From positions 481,643-545,642 of the forward strand of contig CAJINV010000001.1 in the NCBI GenBank assembly GCA_905178155.1: 64,000 nucleotides of DNA, read 5' to 3'. Origin of the DNA: Amoebophrya sp. A120 (taxonomy: Eukaryota > Protista > Dinoflagellata). Shown here piece by piece: positions 1-14,151 of the stretch. Position 1 is the first letter of the stretch, and each line of letters opens with the position of its first letter. The notes beneath the pieces were generated by a model. That model made no database searches. It saw only the letters and a list, made by a program, of their open reading frames with translations, and was not told where the DNA came from. The position numbers and the translations under genes were made by a program.

Positions 1-157
1 ATGCTCAGCTGCGAGCCGGATGCATAGTACCCAAATGGGCTTAGAATATGCCGACAAGCACAAGCTCTTCCTGCAATACAAAGTTCATGTGTGTACACAA
101 ATCCAGCAACACAAATTGTCTTTTGAGTATGGGATGGGGGCTTTTTTCACTTTGATA
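1..157. mobile_element. Introner family D, truncated by the window edge
   Basis: Right TIR TATGGGATGGGGGCTTTTTTCACTTTGATA resembles family D ends. Confidence 0.75.
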
Positions 158-3100
158 TTCCGCCGGGCGTCGTAGGCCCGCACCATCTCCTGCCGCTCCT
201 CCGCCTCGCGCTCCTTCCGTTTCTCCCGCTTCTTGGCCCGTTTCGCGGCACGCTTACTGACCGGCTTGTCGCCCTCCTTCACCTCGTCGTCGGAGTTGAT
301 ATCACTGTCCTCGTCGTCGTCCTTCTTCCGCTCGTCGGTGCAATTCAGCGTCTCGATGTCCCACAGCGCGTTCAACTCCGTGGCCTGGTTGAAGATCGGC
401 CCTTTACTGTTCGAGCCGAAGGCGGAGAACAACCCGCCCGGCCCGGCGAACGCCGACCGGTCGCCGAAACACAGAATTTTGCCGCCCTTGCTGTTCTTCA
501 TGGCCTGGCCCCAGGAGGCCGCCCAGGGCATATCCAGACACCCGCGGTCGTGCCGCGCAAACCCGTGTTTCCCCCCGGTGGAAGTTGTTGTATTATTTGT
601 AAAAACGTCCCCACCCCAGAGTCAAGATGGGGATTTTGCAACACAAACCTGAAAGTTTTCGTTTTGGGAGCCACGCATGACAAGTTGCACGCTGTAGTGT
701 AATGCCGTTTCGCAAGGGAAGCCGCATAACAAATCCATCTCCTTATCCTGTTGACAGCATTACAACTTCCAAAACACGATGGGACATGCCTCTCATGGGG
801 ATGCGCATTACAAATGCTCTTGTGCTTGCAGAACTGCATGACAACTCTGGGGTGGGGATGTTTTTGCACAGGATATGTTGCGCCCGCATCCTCGTAAAAC
901 GTCTGCGGCGCGTCGCCCTCCTCATTCACCGTCGGGAGCTCGGAAGAAGTACTTGCGCCCGTAGTACCTACCGCTGCAGCAGATGAAGCGCCACTGCTCA
1001 AACCGGCACCTGCACGCGGATTACTATTTTCAACACCTCCGCCAACTACACGAGCCGCAGCTGCAGCCGCGCCATCGTGGCCGAACTGATGTTGTTGTGC
1101 ACCAAAACCTCCGCCTGAATCGTTGTTCAGTCGATCTACTAAGGAATGTTGCTGATGACCCGCAGGAGCTGTGGATGAGTTAGTGGTCATCGTTCCACCA
1201 CACATCAGGAGTTGGTTGTTTTTCCCCGCGGGGGCTGCATCCGGACCACCACCAGCAAGGTACGAACTAGCGGTGGAACCCCCTGCTCCCGGAAGATGTT
1301 GAAGGTGCTGACCGTACTGGCTGGACGCTCCTGGAATAGCACCTCCACCCCCACCGAAACCTCCTTTCGACCCGTTGCTGGCGTACTCAGGCACGTCCGG
1401 GAGGTGAAACCGATTGGCGCTGGGTGTCCCGTTTTTGTTCTTGTCGCCCCCGCGCGGGGTGCAATAGAACATGGAAAAGTAACTGCTCGTGGCGTCACTG
1501 TTGTAGCAGTTGGACAAACCGTGGCCAGTATAAACTGCAAGAAATATGTCTGGGTCTAGAAGATTCTGAGACCTGTCATGCACGTTTTGCCGCGTAAGCC
1601 ATGACGTCAGTGATGCATGCGCTAGCATCACAGATTTTTTGAGGGCTTCTTAATGCCTATTCTGCATGACAAATGCCCTCCCCACGCAGCAAAAATTGGA
1701 ATTGCACTCCCTTGCTTCTCGTGCACTACAGATTTTCTTGGAATCCAAATGCAGCATCACAAGTTACATCCTTCCATACCCAGACATTTTTACACTTGAT
1801 AGCCAGTGGATCCATTTTCGTTCGCACCGGGGAAGTGCGGGGCGAAGGGGTCCATGCTGGCGTGGGTGTGCGCGAAGGGGAAGTTGTTGCGCTGCAACCA
1901 CACGGGCTCGTGCGAGTTTGGGTTGGTCCCCCCGTTTATCAAATGCAAAAATGTCTGGGTCTGGAAGAATGCGCGACTTGTCATGCAGCTTTTCCATGAC
2001 CCGTGAGGTCTGGAATGCAGGACCTAGCATGACAGATTCTGCGCGATCTCTCTCATGCCTGTCCGGCATGAGAAACTCCCTCCCGACTTGGTCAAAACTG
2101 AACGACTTTTGGTAGTCATGCAACGCAGATTTTTGCATGCTTCAGATTTAGCATGACAAGTTGCATTCTTCCACCAGACCCACACATTTTTACATTTCAT
2201 ACCGTTCTCGTACACCATGCCGTTGAGCACCGCCGGACTGTAGTCCAGATAGGTTAAGTCGCTGTAATCGTACTCGCTCTGGTCCTTCCAACTCCGGGCG
2301 GTGGTCGCCGGCGCGCGGGTGGTTTCGGAAAATAGGTGCTCGGAATGCTGGTCCTGGTTGTAATTATGTCCAAAGCTGCCGTGATGAGGGTGCAAGATCT
2401 CGCCGTTTTTCCCGAGTAGATGCCGGGGAAAGGCTGGTTTCCGTGTCGACGTGTTGTTGGTCGACCGCGAGCGGGTGCTCTTGCTCCCGTTATGATTTGC
2501 AAATATGGGTTGGTTTGGAAGATTGCGAGATTTGTCATGCTAGTGTAGCATGACTCTGCACTCGGTATTGCGAGGCCACGAAGGCGAGGTCCTCTTGTCT
2601 GTCTTGCAAATTAAACGCAGTTCCTCATGCGCAATACACAACACAGAGCCACGAAAAAACTTGTCATGCTTGGCGTTGCAGCATTACAGCTTGGTTACTT
2701 TTATTCGCTCACATGCATCGCAACTTTCCAGACCCACACAGGAGCATATTTGCATTTGATAACCGTTGTTGGTAGACGTTTGGTCTTCCGGAAGGCCGTT
2801 GTAATTATTCCCGCCGTGCGCGGGGGTTGTGTTCTGATGCAGTAGTTGTCCTCCTCCTCCTCCTCCCCAGCCGTTCGTATTATTTCCACCAGACGCTGGG
2901 TCTGCGGTAACACTGGTACTGTTTCCGTTGCTGCTGCTGGTACTGCTCACGCGACCGGCGGCTCCGTGTTTGTTCGTGCTGGACTTGGTATGGTGCTGCT
3001 TGTTACTTCCGCTTGCAACTCGGGAGGATGTCGTCGGGATTCTTTCCGAGTTATGGGATTTATTTCGGTGGTTGTAATTCGACGAGAAGTTGTGATGAAA

Positions 3101-6100
3101 CCCTGTTGACGCCCCCCCGGAGGACTTTTGCTGCATAATTTCGTGGTCCTTGCTTCGCGCAACCCGCAACGCCTTCTCACGATCCGTGGTCCCGGGAACC
3201 ATGTCCTGCAGCGTGGTCGTCGGAACGTCACGAAGGTGCACGACCGGCGTGGGGGTTGTGTTGTTCGACTGGTGTGCTGGGTGATGAACCTGCGCAAAGT
3301 TTTCCGCACAGTCGTGGAACTTCATCTCGGGGACATTGTGTAGTTCTGCGCCATGAATCGTCGCGTTGGCAGTGGTCACACTTCCTCCAACAACGTGTTG
3401 TTCACTATGTTTTCCATACTGGCCGGCATTTTTACTCCGGTTTCGGTTGCACTGGCTGCGGTTCGTGGGCGAGAGGGTTTCCGTTATCCAGGGTGAGAAA
3501 AAAGCCAACCGCAACCACCCAAGCTTTGCGTCACCGCTGTGGAGTAGTAGAACAAACATAATTATTCTTGTCTGATGCCGCTAAAATCTTTTACGTTCTA
3601 TGGCAAACTTACATAATAAAACAAAATGAAAATGCACATCTCCCACGCAGCATATCAAGAAACCCAAGACACAGACATGCAAAGCGTTGCTACAGTGGAC
3701 TTCGACTTTTTTCGCTATCGGTTCTCCCTCCCATACGCGTGATCTGTGTCCCTATCCACTTTAATCCGGACCAGAGTCGGCCGCGAGAGTTAGCATCACC
3801 AGCCTCGTTCCCTTTGCACGCGGTCGGTGTCCGCTGTAGCGCCGTGCCTTCGGTCGCGGAGCTCAACCCCGAGCCACAGGCACTAGTGTCTTCCTCATCG
3901 ATGTCGGAGGGGATCGGTATTTTCGCTGCGTTTAGGAGATCACGATCCGGACCGGTTGGTCTTATGGATTGCAAAAATGTCTGGGTCTGGAAGGTTGGAA
4001 CTTGTGATGCTGCATTTGGATTCCAAAAAAGCTTGTATTGCATGAGCAGCAAAGAGAATGCAATTTTTGCTACGCAGAGAGGACATTTGTCATGCGGACT
4101 AGGCAATAGATACCCTCAAAAAATCTGTGACGCTAGGGCATGCATCACAGACATCATGGGTCATGGAAAACCTGCAAGACAAGTCTCAGAATCTTCCAGA
4201 CCCAGACATACTTGCAATTCATAGGTCTACTAGAAGTACCATGCTGTTCCTCAGCAACAATCGTGTCTGACGTGCCGGAAACCAGCACTTCTGTGCTCGA
4301 GGAGCTCGAGTTAAAAATATTTCCTCCTTTCATCTGCGCACCATCGCAGACCACTCCCTCCAGCCCCGGCGGAAGCCGCTTCACTACTGCACTGCCGGAA
4401 GTGGTGGATATCTGCTTGTTTGTTCCGGCGTTTGCCACCTGGCAGGCCTGTTCGAGCTTTTCTACCAGCAATTTTTCTTCCGCCGTCAGCTCGTTCGCCG
4501 GTCCTGAGCCGTTGAGCACCCGTCCAGAGGAGGAGCTGCTGCTGCTGCTGTTCATGCGGTCCAGCGATTTATTCATGTTTTTCGTGCTATTCTTGTTCCC
4601 CTTATTTATTGCAGTGGATGGTGCCACTGCCGGTGCGTTCGCGTTCGCATTCGCATTTGCATTCGCCCGCCACCACAAATCGCTAGACGGCCCAGCACCG
4701 GGAGTTGTCGTGCCAGTAGTCGGGTCTTTATTTGTTGTTGTACAAGCTGCCTTTCTTGCGGAGGAGCTGCTGGTGGCCGAATGGGACCTAGTACTCGTCG
4801 AGCCGCCACCTCCTAGGCCGCTCGCAGTCCGGTTAATAGCCCCGCGGTGCTGGTCCCGCTTGATGTTGTGCTGGTTCACGATAGTGGTACCTTGCTGCGC
4901 CTGGTCATGTAATGTTGCACCGTGGCTAAGGCTATCACCGCGAGGTTTGTTGCAGTTGGCTGGGGGTTGTCCTCCCTTGGGAAGGGCGTTAGGGTGAACA
5001 AATGCGGAAGATTTATTATTGTTCACGTGCGAGATCAAAGGTTGTTCTGTGGCCGTGTTATTAAATCTACTGTAGTTCACACAGCCCTCGGCCGTGGTGG
5101 GTTCCACGCTAAAGCTACTGTAGTTAGTACGACTCTTGTTTCTTCCCTCGATCGACATCTTCCCTTGGCCTCGCTCAGTAGTAGAGGTGGTAGTTATTTT
5201 TTCCCCCTCTTGTTGCTGTTGTTGAGAAACTTCTTTACTATACTTTCTCGGGTCCATTTTGCCGCCGTCCAGCGTGCGCTCCATCCCGAGATCGTACTGC
5301 TCAGTCGGCGTCGGCTGCTTCCCGAGGTTGGACGTCGTCGTACCGATGGCGTTCTGGTTCATCGGATGCGACGCTGGCGGTGCGGGGAGCTGTGGCGGCC
5401 CACCCTGTATCCTGCGCAAAAGTATCGTGCTCGTACTAATTGCGTTTATGCATGACAAATCTCTTTGTCAAGGTGATTCAGCATTACACATTGAATTTGT
5501 AATGCTGGGGTAATTTGTAATGCAATTATATACTAGTACGATGCTTTTGCAATTCATACCCTGCTGCTGGGTACTAACCGCCGCTCCCGCATTGGTCGTG
5601 CCTCCCGGCGTGTGCGCGGCCGCGGCGTTGTTGTGCGGGAGGTGCTGGGACGCGTTCCCCAAGCCGCCTCCATTCGCGCCGTCCAATTGAGAAGGGGTTG
5701 CACCTGGAAGTTATTTGGAAATCATAATGAAAATACCACGTAAAAAATAAAGCGGGGCAAAGACCATGAGACAAAACTATTGTAAAATTCTCCCCAGCGC
5801 CAGGCTTGATAGTACTATCAAGCAGTGGCAGCCAAACAAGAACTTTTCATGACTCACCTCCGGCTGGAGTGACTTGGTTCCTATGAAAGTTGTATCAACT
5901 GTAAAAATGTCTGGGTCTGGAAGATTCTGACACTTGTCATGCACGTTTTGCATGAGCCCTGATGTCTGTGATGCTTGCCCTGGCATCACAGATTTTTTGA
6001 GAGCTTCTTGCTGCCTCTTCCGCATGACAAATGCCCTCTCCGCGTAGCAAAAATTGCATTCCTTTTGGTTTTGGCACTCATGCAATACAGATTTTTCTGG

Positions 6101-7724
6101 AATCCAAATGCAGCATCACAAGTTGCATTCTTCCAGACCCAGACACTTTTACATTTGATAAGTTGTTGGTCCCGCTGTACACATCGCTGATAGCACCGCG
6201 CATGCGCGCCGCACCGTAACCGGACGGATAGCCACGCGTCGTGTTGTGTCGGGGTTGGTAGCCACCTGATGTCGTGTTTTAGTTCTTTGTAGAAGCTTGT
6301 TTTCTGCCGCAATCTTTAGAACGGGAAGAGAAGACTGCATATGAAAATGTAAATGATAGTATACATAGGACTCCACTGTCGCCATCGGCGGTTAAACTGA
6401 TAAGTATTCGAAGATATCAGATGAGACTTGCAAAAAATGCCCGGTGAAGAAATTATAAATCGACATACCAGTATGGTCCTCCACAGTCTGCAATCCCGGT
6501 GGCGGAGGAGGTGGTTGCTTTCCCGCTATTGGAGGGGGCGGCGGCCCAGGCATTCCGTTCATATCGAGTCCATGCGGAGCGTAGTCCTGTATTTAGTGTC
6601 GATTTCATGCCACACGATGCGCGACGGCAGCAGCACCACAGAGAAGAAAGACATAAAACCATGCGATGCAACTGGTACGAGTCACATCGAGGATCTAGAC
6701 ACGAAAAAAAAAATCTTTTAGACTACCCTCAAGACTTGCGGAGGCGGCGGTTGTTCCACTCCCAATTTGTGTGCTGTGGCATGTGTGCTGTACTGCGAGC
6801 TGAAAGTATTCCCCCCGGGACGGCTGTACTGCGGACCGCGGGTTGGTGGCGGCGGCGGCGGTGGAAGGACCGGCTCCATGTGATGCTGGTCGTAGCGCGA
6901 CGGGTAAATCGGATACCCCTCTGCTTCCTGTTGCATTTTCAAATTTAGTTTTTAATGTGCTTGCATATGCAAACAGCATGTTTGCATCAGTTGCACTTAC
7001 AACAAGCGGTGCGCGCGCACCGTGCGCCCCCATTCGAAACTTTCTTTCGGCTGTAGCTGTTGATGCATCATGACAAAAAGATGGATACCATGCTGGTAGC
7101 CCCCGTACTAGCTGCGGCGCTCATTGCCACATCTTGGTACATCGGTGCGGCACCCACCTGCTGGCGGTTTTCAAGCCAGTAGGATTCTGCAGAAAGGGAA
7201 GATGTTGTTCCCACTTGGCCGTGTGCAGTTGGCGGCTGTTGGGACAACCCTCCATAAGACACCGCGTGGTGCTGTTGTTGGCCTACTTGTGCGGCGGTCG
7301 GCTGCTCACCCGGATAGACGAGCGCAGTTTGGTAGTAACTGGCACTGCTGTGCGCCTGGGAGGCTGCTCCTGCCATGGCTCCTGCTGGCCCTCCCGTAGT
7401 ACCCGTGCTGGGGTTGTGTGCACCGTAGTGCTGCTGCGCTACAGCTGAGAAAAGCTGCTGCTGCTGCTGACCGGCAGTTGTTGTGCTATTCGTTGTGGTG
7501 GTACGGTACAACCCGTTTGCGGCGGAGCCGGTTCCGTTCGCGGCCGGAGTCGTGCTCGCGGTCGCTGGTGTGGCCAGAAGCTGCACCGGAGTGGTTGTTG
7601 TACTACTGTGGTGGTCCAGCTGCATGCTCTGCTGCTGGTTCAGGTTCTGCTGCTGCTGTTCCAGGTACTGTTTGCGGAACTCAGTTTCCATGTATTTCCT
7701 GTACCCCATTTTTTCCACGTCCAT
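1..7724 (-). CDS. Large low-complexity (Q/G/S/T/P-rich) protein of unknown function, multi-exon; 3' end runs off the window start and 5' end is uncertain
   Basis: Exon frames link across canonical introns (e.g. GTGAGT..CAG at 5704-5857 gives NFHRNQVTPAGGATPSQLDG) and 8 introners. The exon at 158-590 (PWAASWGQAMKNSKGGKILCFG..) looks globular but is unrecognised. Confidence 0.55.
591..875. mobile_element. Introner family C
   Basis: TIR TAT..TGTAAAAACGTCCCCACCCCAGAGT / ACTCTGGGGTGGGGATGTTTTTGCACAGGATA; DR TGTTG; interior resembles 26338-26616 inverted. Confidence 0.9.
1529..1801. mobile_element. Introner family A
   Basis: TIR consensus TATCAA.TGCAAA.ATGTCTGGGTCTGGAAG; DR GCCAG. Confidence 0.92.
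1937..2201. mobile_element. Introner family A
   Basis: Family A TIRs; DR CCGTT. Confidence 0.92.
2491..2761. mobile_element. Introner family A (diverged)
   Basis: Degenerate family A TIRs; DR CCCGT/ACCGT. Confidence 0.85.
3963..4223. mobile_element. Introner family A (inverted relative to 5893-6160)
   Basis: Family A TIRs; DR GGTCT. Confidence 0.92.
5408..5558. mobile_element. Introner family B (151 bp)
   Basis: TIR TATCCTGCGCAAAAGTATCGTGCTCGTA / TACTAGTACGATGCTTTTGCAATTCATA; DR CCCTG. Confidence 0.92.
5893..6160. mobile_element. Introner family A
   Basis: Family A TIRs; DR AGTTG. Confidence 0.93.
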
Positions 7725-10700
7725 GCTAGTGGCGTTCGCACAAGCCTCCGAACCCGGGACAATGTAGCACTTTTCCTGATCAGAAATAATTATATTTGTT
7801 GTCCTCGTCCATATGATCAATAAATGGAATTAGAGTCAGAATTTTATTATCCCATTCACTTCTTCCCATTCACTTGTCACACATCAACCACATGATGGTA
7901 ATTTGATTTTCAGCAGCAGTTGTCAAGCGATGAACGACAACGAATCCATCATAAACCAAAGCCTTTATCTATACCGCCGGGGCGTCCTGGAGCATGGAGG
8001 CGTCGTCTGCACCCATTGTGAAGTAACTGATGTTTTCCTTTATGCTCCGAAACTTCGGTGAAACTCTTTTCCAAAAACACAGAAAACGATCCTCTGCAAA
8101 GGAAAGAAAATTCTCGCGAAGTCCTCGGGGAGCAACAAAACAGGATCGCTTTTTTTTCCGGTCGGGTGCTGGTACTAGCCTCGCTGACACTACGACTTTG
8201 TTGCTCCAGCCTTTCGACGTCCTCTACTACAGGTACAGATACAGCCTAAACTACCAATAATATTAATATTACCCACAACTCCTATAATTAGTGCCTATTT
8301 GTTGAAAATATCATCAATGGTGCTATGTGAAGCGGTATCGGTGGTGTCCAAAATTCGCAAACAGCTGATGATCTATCTTCTATCTCTGTTAAGTTCATCA
8401 GTTCATCAGTACACCTGCAGCAAGTACAGCCACTCACGACGTTCTGGTGAAGATGAAAACCTGCTCCTCTATCTTACAAATCTAATATTTCTTTGTTTCT
8501 GGTGTTACTTGCTCTGTGCAAGTCGCGCGGCTTGTTGTTCTCACCGCTCCTTGTTTCGTCCTGTATGTCTTATAGTTTGACTCGACCTGGTCGCGCTGTC
8601 TTCTCGAGAAGGACGGTCCTAGTGCTAAAGATTATCTGAAATTCTCAGTAGGTGCAAGTACGTACCACCTGTAGCGCTGTTGAAAGTTATTTACTGCTGC
8701 TTCGCCTCCGCAACTGGTTTTTGCAGTCGTCGAAAAAGAATCGTATAAAAAATTGTAGTATTGCCAGAATCATGCACCGGCAACGCAGCGGGTATTCTGT
8801 CAAAGGACACGATTCCGTATACTCGGCCTGTTCTATCCGTAAAAACTTTCGCTTCCAGGTTGTACTTACTACACAACTACGCCAATTCCAGATATGAATA
8901 TGATAATGATTATGATGGCTTTGCTCCTTACAAACAATTACTAGCACGGCTGATCGCTGTTCTGTCGATATGATGGCGAAAGTACTACTAGTAAGTATAT
9001 TTATAGTGGATGTGGGACTGAACTTGCGCCAGCGTTCTTCTCTAGTGCGGCTCAGCCAGCACACTCCGGCCACGCGCGCTGGTCTGCAGCTATTTGTGAG
9101 AAAATAGTTAACAGACAAGTACGCTTGCGGCAGAGTGAGTATTTTCCCGCGGTTCGCAGTTTCGGTCGGGGATCGACTATTTGTATTTTTCGTCCATAGG
9201 GGGATGCTACTAATGGGTGCGTCCAAGTTAGTACTAGGCACGAGGTTGTATTGTTCCTATTGCTGTCTTGCTCGATGGGAGTGGGCACGACGGACTTGGT
9301 TTCCTAACTTTGATTCTTCTGCTACCACCTCTGCTCAAGAATCCCAGACAAATGGGCTCAGGTTCTCAGAAAAAATTATAAAGTGAGGACACGAGTGATT
9401 GATATCAAATGCGTCGTCGTTGTTCTTATGTCTTTTTGTTGTATTGGCTTCATGTATTTGAATTTCGCAACGTATCTTACTTTTTATTCACATGAATAGC
9501 GCTTTTTATGCGGTAACAAAACAAAGGCATTGAGGTTCAAAATTATCTGAGGAGATTCCTCTATGAAAAGTAATCCGCTTAAAAACGGTGGTGGCAGTGG
9601 AGCTCCAGAAAAAAAAGAACGTCCCAAGTACTACCTAAAATGGGATAAAAAATATTCGGCAGCTGAAAGGCTACTGGCACGCGGCGGGCAACAGAAAAAA
9701 GTGTGGTCGTCAAAAACCCTATCAGCCAAATTTGTCGGCGACAGGGAGTTTCCAGAACGCTCAAAACAAGCGGGAAACAATGTTGCTCCACGAAGCGATG
9801 CACGGAACAGCCTAGGAAAAAAAAGCGTTGAACCTCGTCCGCTCCTTACTTTTACAGCATGAAAAAGGATGAGAAAACAAATGGTAGAAAAAAAAATTCT
9901 GCAAACCGGAATAAATCAGCTTTATTATCCTAACAATCGCGCTCAGCTGATAGCAGATCAAGCTGTATTAACCACTGCGGCCTTGAACAGCTGCTATAGT
10001 AAAGTTAATACGCTTGTAGTTACGCATGCGCTCGTGCTCCACTCTAGTCCTCGCGCAAATTCGTACTACACGTATATCAGCTTGAAAAATGTCTAGGGCA
10101 GCTTTTTTACACGATAAACTTAGAGGACATGCGCATCGAGCTGGGCGAAATATATTCATAGGATATTAATCATAGCAGTTTTATCAAGTTTGAGTCTTCG
10201 TTTTGTTTCCTGTAGTTTGTTGTGCCATCGAAAATAAAGATTTTTTGGGAAGAGGCTTTGTCAAGTGAAAACGGACGCAGGCCTTGTTATGTGGATGAAA
10301 GGTCAAGTGCTAGTAGCTGTCTAAAGTTTTTAATACGTGAATCCAAAGTCCGCCAGGAGGTGGAACGTGTGTATGTATGTGAAATGAAACTAATGGTAAC
10401 GATTGATGCGGTGGTGATTAGAAATAAACAGGGTAGTTTGGGAGGTTAATAATCCAAGTCCGGGTGTTACCAACAATAGAATTTTTTCGTCGAAGTGGCT
10501 GTGAAATTTCATATCACTGAATATCAACAAAGGTGGCTTCAGAGTCAATAACTATGTTCGGAAACAAGTGGGCTAAGACGCACGCATTTGTTCGGAAGAA
10601 ATTACACCCGCCCCTACTGCTCTTTACTTCCGCACGTGAAAAATTCTTTATTATGCGTTGCAACACCAAGAATTATACTTAACCTATAGCTCTTGTAGTC

Positions 10701-11668
10701 TCGTTCTCAAAAGCAGACACAAATACCAACTTTCGAGATAGACTCGTCCTGGAAAAATTATTACACAATGTACAATTGGTGGTTCTTGCAGAAGAAATTT
10801 ACGCGCAGATTGCTGCTGAAAGTGTCAGTTTCTAGGAGTACGCTGCAGCACAAATAGGTGAAGACCTTCGCTCCTGGTAGAGGTACTAGACTAGGGAAAG
10901 AGATCTACTTGGGTGGACATGCGAATCGATTGTAATGGGCGGAGGCTGCACTAGATGTACTTAGATCTTTGTCCGCGCTTGGGCGTTGGTTAGGAGGACT
11001 ACGGGCGTCGGAATAAAAATCTCGAACATCGTCGGTCTTGCTCGTGATGTAAACACTACTACTCACACGTCGTCGCGGCAGTTGTACTTCTGAAATAGAT
11101 CCTTTGCCAAGTCTTACGGTAGGAATACTTATCGTGATGTTGCGTGGTTCTTGCTTTGCGAAACAGAAACAAAGTCATCGTCCGTCCCAGGTACTCGCAC
11201 TGCCAACGTTGTGAGATCTTTCTCAAAATACACTGGGTCTGATAGTACGCAGCTCCTATCTGTTATTTTTACGTGATCATCCTCGTCCTGATTCAGGGCC
11301 AGAAATTATGCACGTCTACGGACATCGAAATCTTCGCTGGCTGCTCAAAGGTAGAGGTGGTACTTCTGGTACCTACTCCATCTCCGAAAGTGATCCTCAT
11401 ACTGCAGGGCACCTGAAGGACCTTCTTTCCTTCATCTTGGCTGTCTACTTTCTCAGGTGACGACAAGTCTCCAAAATGTAGTAAGTATATAAGTACTTAA
11501 CCATCTTCTTCGCGACCGTACTGTATTCCTGAAAGAACGAAACCGGAGGCACGATGCGAAACAAAATTATTCGAATCAAAACCGTATAAAGAATTTTTAT
11601 CTTCAGCTCCAACTGCGGTTAGTATGCAACATCTATACTGCAAATAAAGCCTACCATTTGTTTCATCT

Positions 11669-13223
11669 TCAAACCCCAGGCGAGACCAGGGGCGAGCGAC
11701 TTACCACTTCCGAAGTCGGCGTTCCCAGGGCGATCTGTTGTTTCAAAGCTTCTGTTTGCTTCTCCAGCTGCTGCTCGAGTTCTACAAGTTCTTGCGCGAG
11801 CTTTTCCTTCCGCCGCTGCTTTATCCGGGCGAAAATATTGCCCCCGCTGGTCTTCGGGGACGGCAGGCTGCTCAACTTATTCGCCAGGGCGCGGGGAGAA
11901 ATCGGCATCTTGCTCCAGAGCGACTGCGCAAACCGGACCGACGGCGACCGGTCCTGTGGCTGCACAGGAGCGGGGAACTGCGGCCGTTCGGTCACCGACG
12001 CCACGCCGTGCTGCAGCGAACCCATCTGCTCCAGCGCTTTGCGGCTCGCGGGGTCCTGGAGTAGCACCTGAAGTTCGAGCGGGGTGCCCACGACCTGTTG
12101 CGCCTTCATGCGGCGCACGAGTCGCTCTAGACGGGCTTTACGCCGAAGCTTCCGCTTACGGTATTCGCGGAGAACGTTGATCAGTCGATCGCCCATAAAC
12201 CTTTAACATACATTTTTTTATAATCAAAATCATTTCAAGGCCTACAACCATAGTACGACGCAGCAGGAGTCATGCTCGCTATGATTTTTCCACCGCACGT
12301 TGTCGAGTGTCTGCCAGCAGCAACAAATTACCAAAAAGAACCTATACACGACAACTACGATTTAAGGTAACTATCGGACTTACTTACCTTAGACTTACTT
12401 ACCATATGATTGCTAACAAAAAGCACGCGGCCGCGAGCCCGCTTCCGACCACCAGATGCCCCCGGATTCGGATCGGCACGGTCTCCTGCGACGCGAGGAT
12501 CATCCCTAGATAGCCGGCGAACACGAAGACTTCCAGGATCAAAACGATGAGCGGGACGGTGACCAAAATGATGTTTCCCTTCACCTCGTCGAGGAACGGT
12601 TGAATCTCCAACGTTTCCAGCCGCTGCGTTGCCCGCTCCAAGCGCCGCGCGGCCTCCCGGACGAACTCGGACTATGACAATGCACAACTCCCCCTTCCCC
12701 TCATACATTTGTCATGCAAAATACCAAGTCCACCCTTCTCTCTTTGGCACATCTTGCATGACAGATTTCGGAAGCCGAAACAGCACTAGATTCGGTCGCG
12801 AGTCTGTCATGCAAAAGCTGCACTTATGCCAGCACTTGTGTTGCTGTTTATGCCATTCAAATGGAGGGGAGGGGGAGTTGTGCTCTCTCATACGGACAGC
12901 TGTCCGATCACTTGGGCGGACTGCGCATCCACGATGGCGTTCAACTTCAGCAACCCGGCCAGGAAGAAACTGGTCTTGTCCTCTAAACCGCTGGCAGTAG
13001 CCGTGGCGCTCCGCGCATAGCTCTGGATATAGGTGGCGTGGATGTGAATATTCCGGATGGCCTCCGATGCCTCGTTGATGGTGCCAACCACAGCCTCCAG
13101 CTGTTCGCGGTCCATGGTGTGCCGAAAGGCGGGCTCGCCCGCCCCCACGCCGGGGGTCGTGGGTCCCATCGCCTCGGCGCTGGACGGCCGGGGGGGAGTT
13201 TGCGGAGGTGGACCACCCGCCAT
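11669..13223 (-). CDS. Membrane protein with two predicted TM helices and coiled-coil segments, about 375 aa, unknown function
   Basis: Removing introner 12673-12892 plus one DR and the GT-AG intron 12201-12402 leaves 1128 nt (376 codons). Hydrophobic stretches IILVTVPLIVLILEVFVFAGYLGMILA and LVVGSGLAAACFLLAIIWF. Confidence 0.75.
12673..12892. mobile_element. Introner family E
   Basis: TIR TATGA...GCACAACTCCCCCTTCCCCTC / GAGGGGAGGGGGAGTTGTGC...TCATA; DR CGGAC. Confidence 0.9.
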
Positions 13224-14151
13224 GTTCAAAAGAGACCAAGACGATCACTTACTCTAATATCTGACTCCACGTGCTGAGATCTTAATTCTGTAAAGAAAAA
13301 GCACTCCGCTCTCACGCTCACTTTGAGCGGTATTGTAGTTCACTCGTCTAGTAGCTCAGCGATACCAGGAAAAACAAGGCTGTGTTCAAGTGTAACGAGA
13401 ACAGTCAGCACCATCTGCGCGGCAGACACCCACACTGATCTTCATTTTTGGCGTCCCTTCCGGTTCTGTGACTGTATCTGCATGAGCAGCCTTGCCTTTT
13501 CCTTGCTCCTCTGAGAGCTACAATGTACAAATCTTCCGCCTTGTGACGTTTCTACGAATTTCGGTTTCAGTTGCAAAAATTCTGCGTCCGTGCAGCTGAT
13601 GGCTGGTCACACACGATAACAAAAGAATCTTTGGTACATTGAGAAAGGACAAGAACATTAATTTTGGAAAGCATACATCAAAAGCTAAAGCGGTGATAGT
13701 AGCTAGCTAAATCTAAGATTCATTTACATTAGTGAAGAAGAAGATAACTACAGCTGTTCTATTTTTGCATCAACTGTGGTACTGTCAAAAGCTTCAGATA
13801 TTTCATTTTTCAAGAATCGATTGTACAAACCCTGGCTCTGTCTCCAGGAAATTCAATGCAGGTCCAATGTGACACTCGACGACAAATTGATTCAAATTGT
13901 TTAATTTCCGTATTGTACATGGAGATAACGTTTTTTTTTCTGACCTTCCTCCATTCCCCCGAATAACGAAAGCAAATCACATGATGTGCAACGCCTCGAA
14001 GGCCTGTAGAGTGAGAGTTTGAATGTCAAAGTCGAAAATTTCTTGGATGCGTTGACACAACATCATGCCTGAATCATTCGTTGTTCTATTCTTGACATTG
14101 CATGCTCAAAAAACCTGAGGGTCATGATCAGATGAAGACAAAAGTATTCAT

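Noticed and set aside
8000-11600. Possible gene or pseudogene in the long AT-richer interval
   Set aside because: Only short ORFs with no recognisable motif, and no exon chain could be supported.
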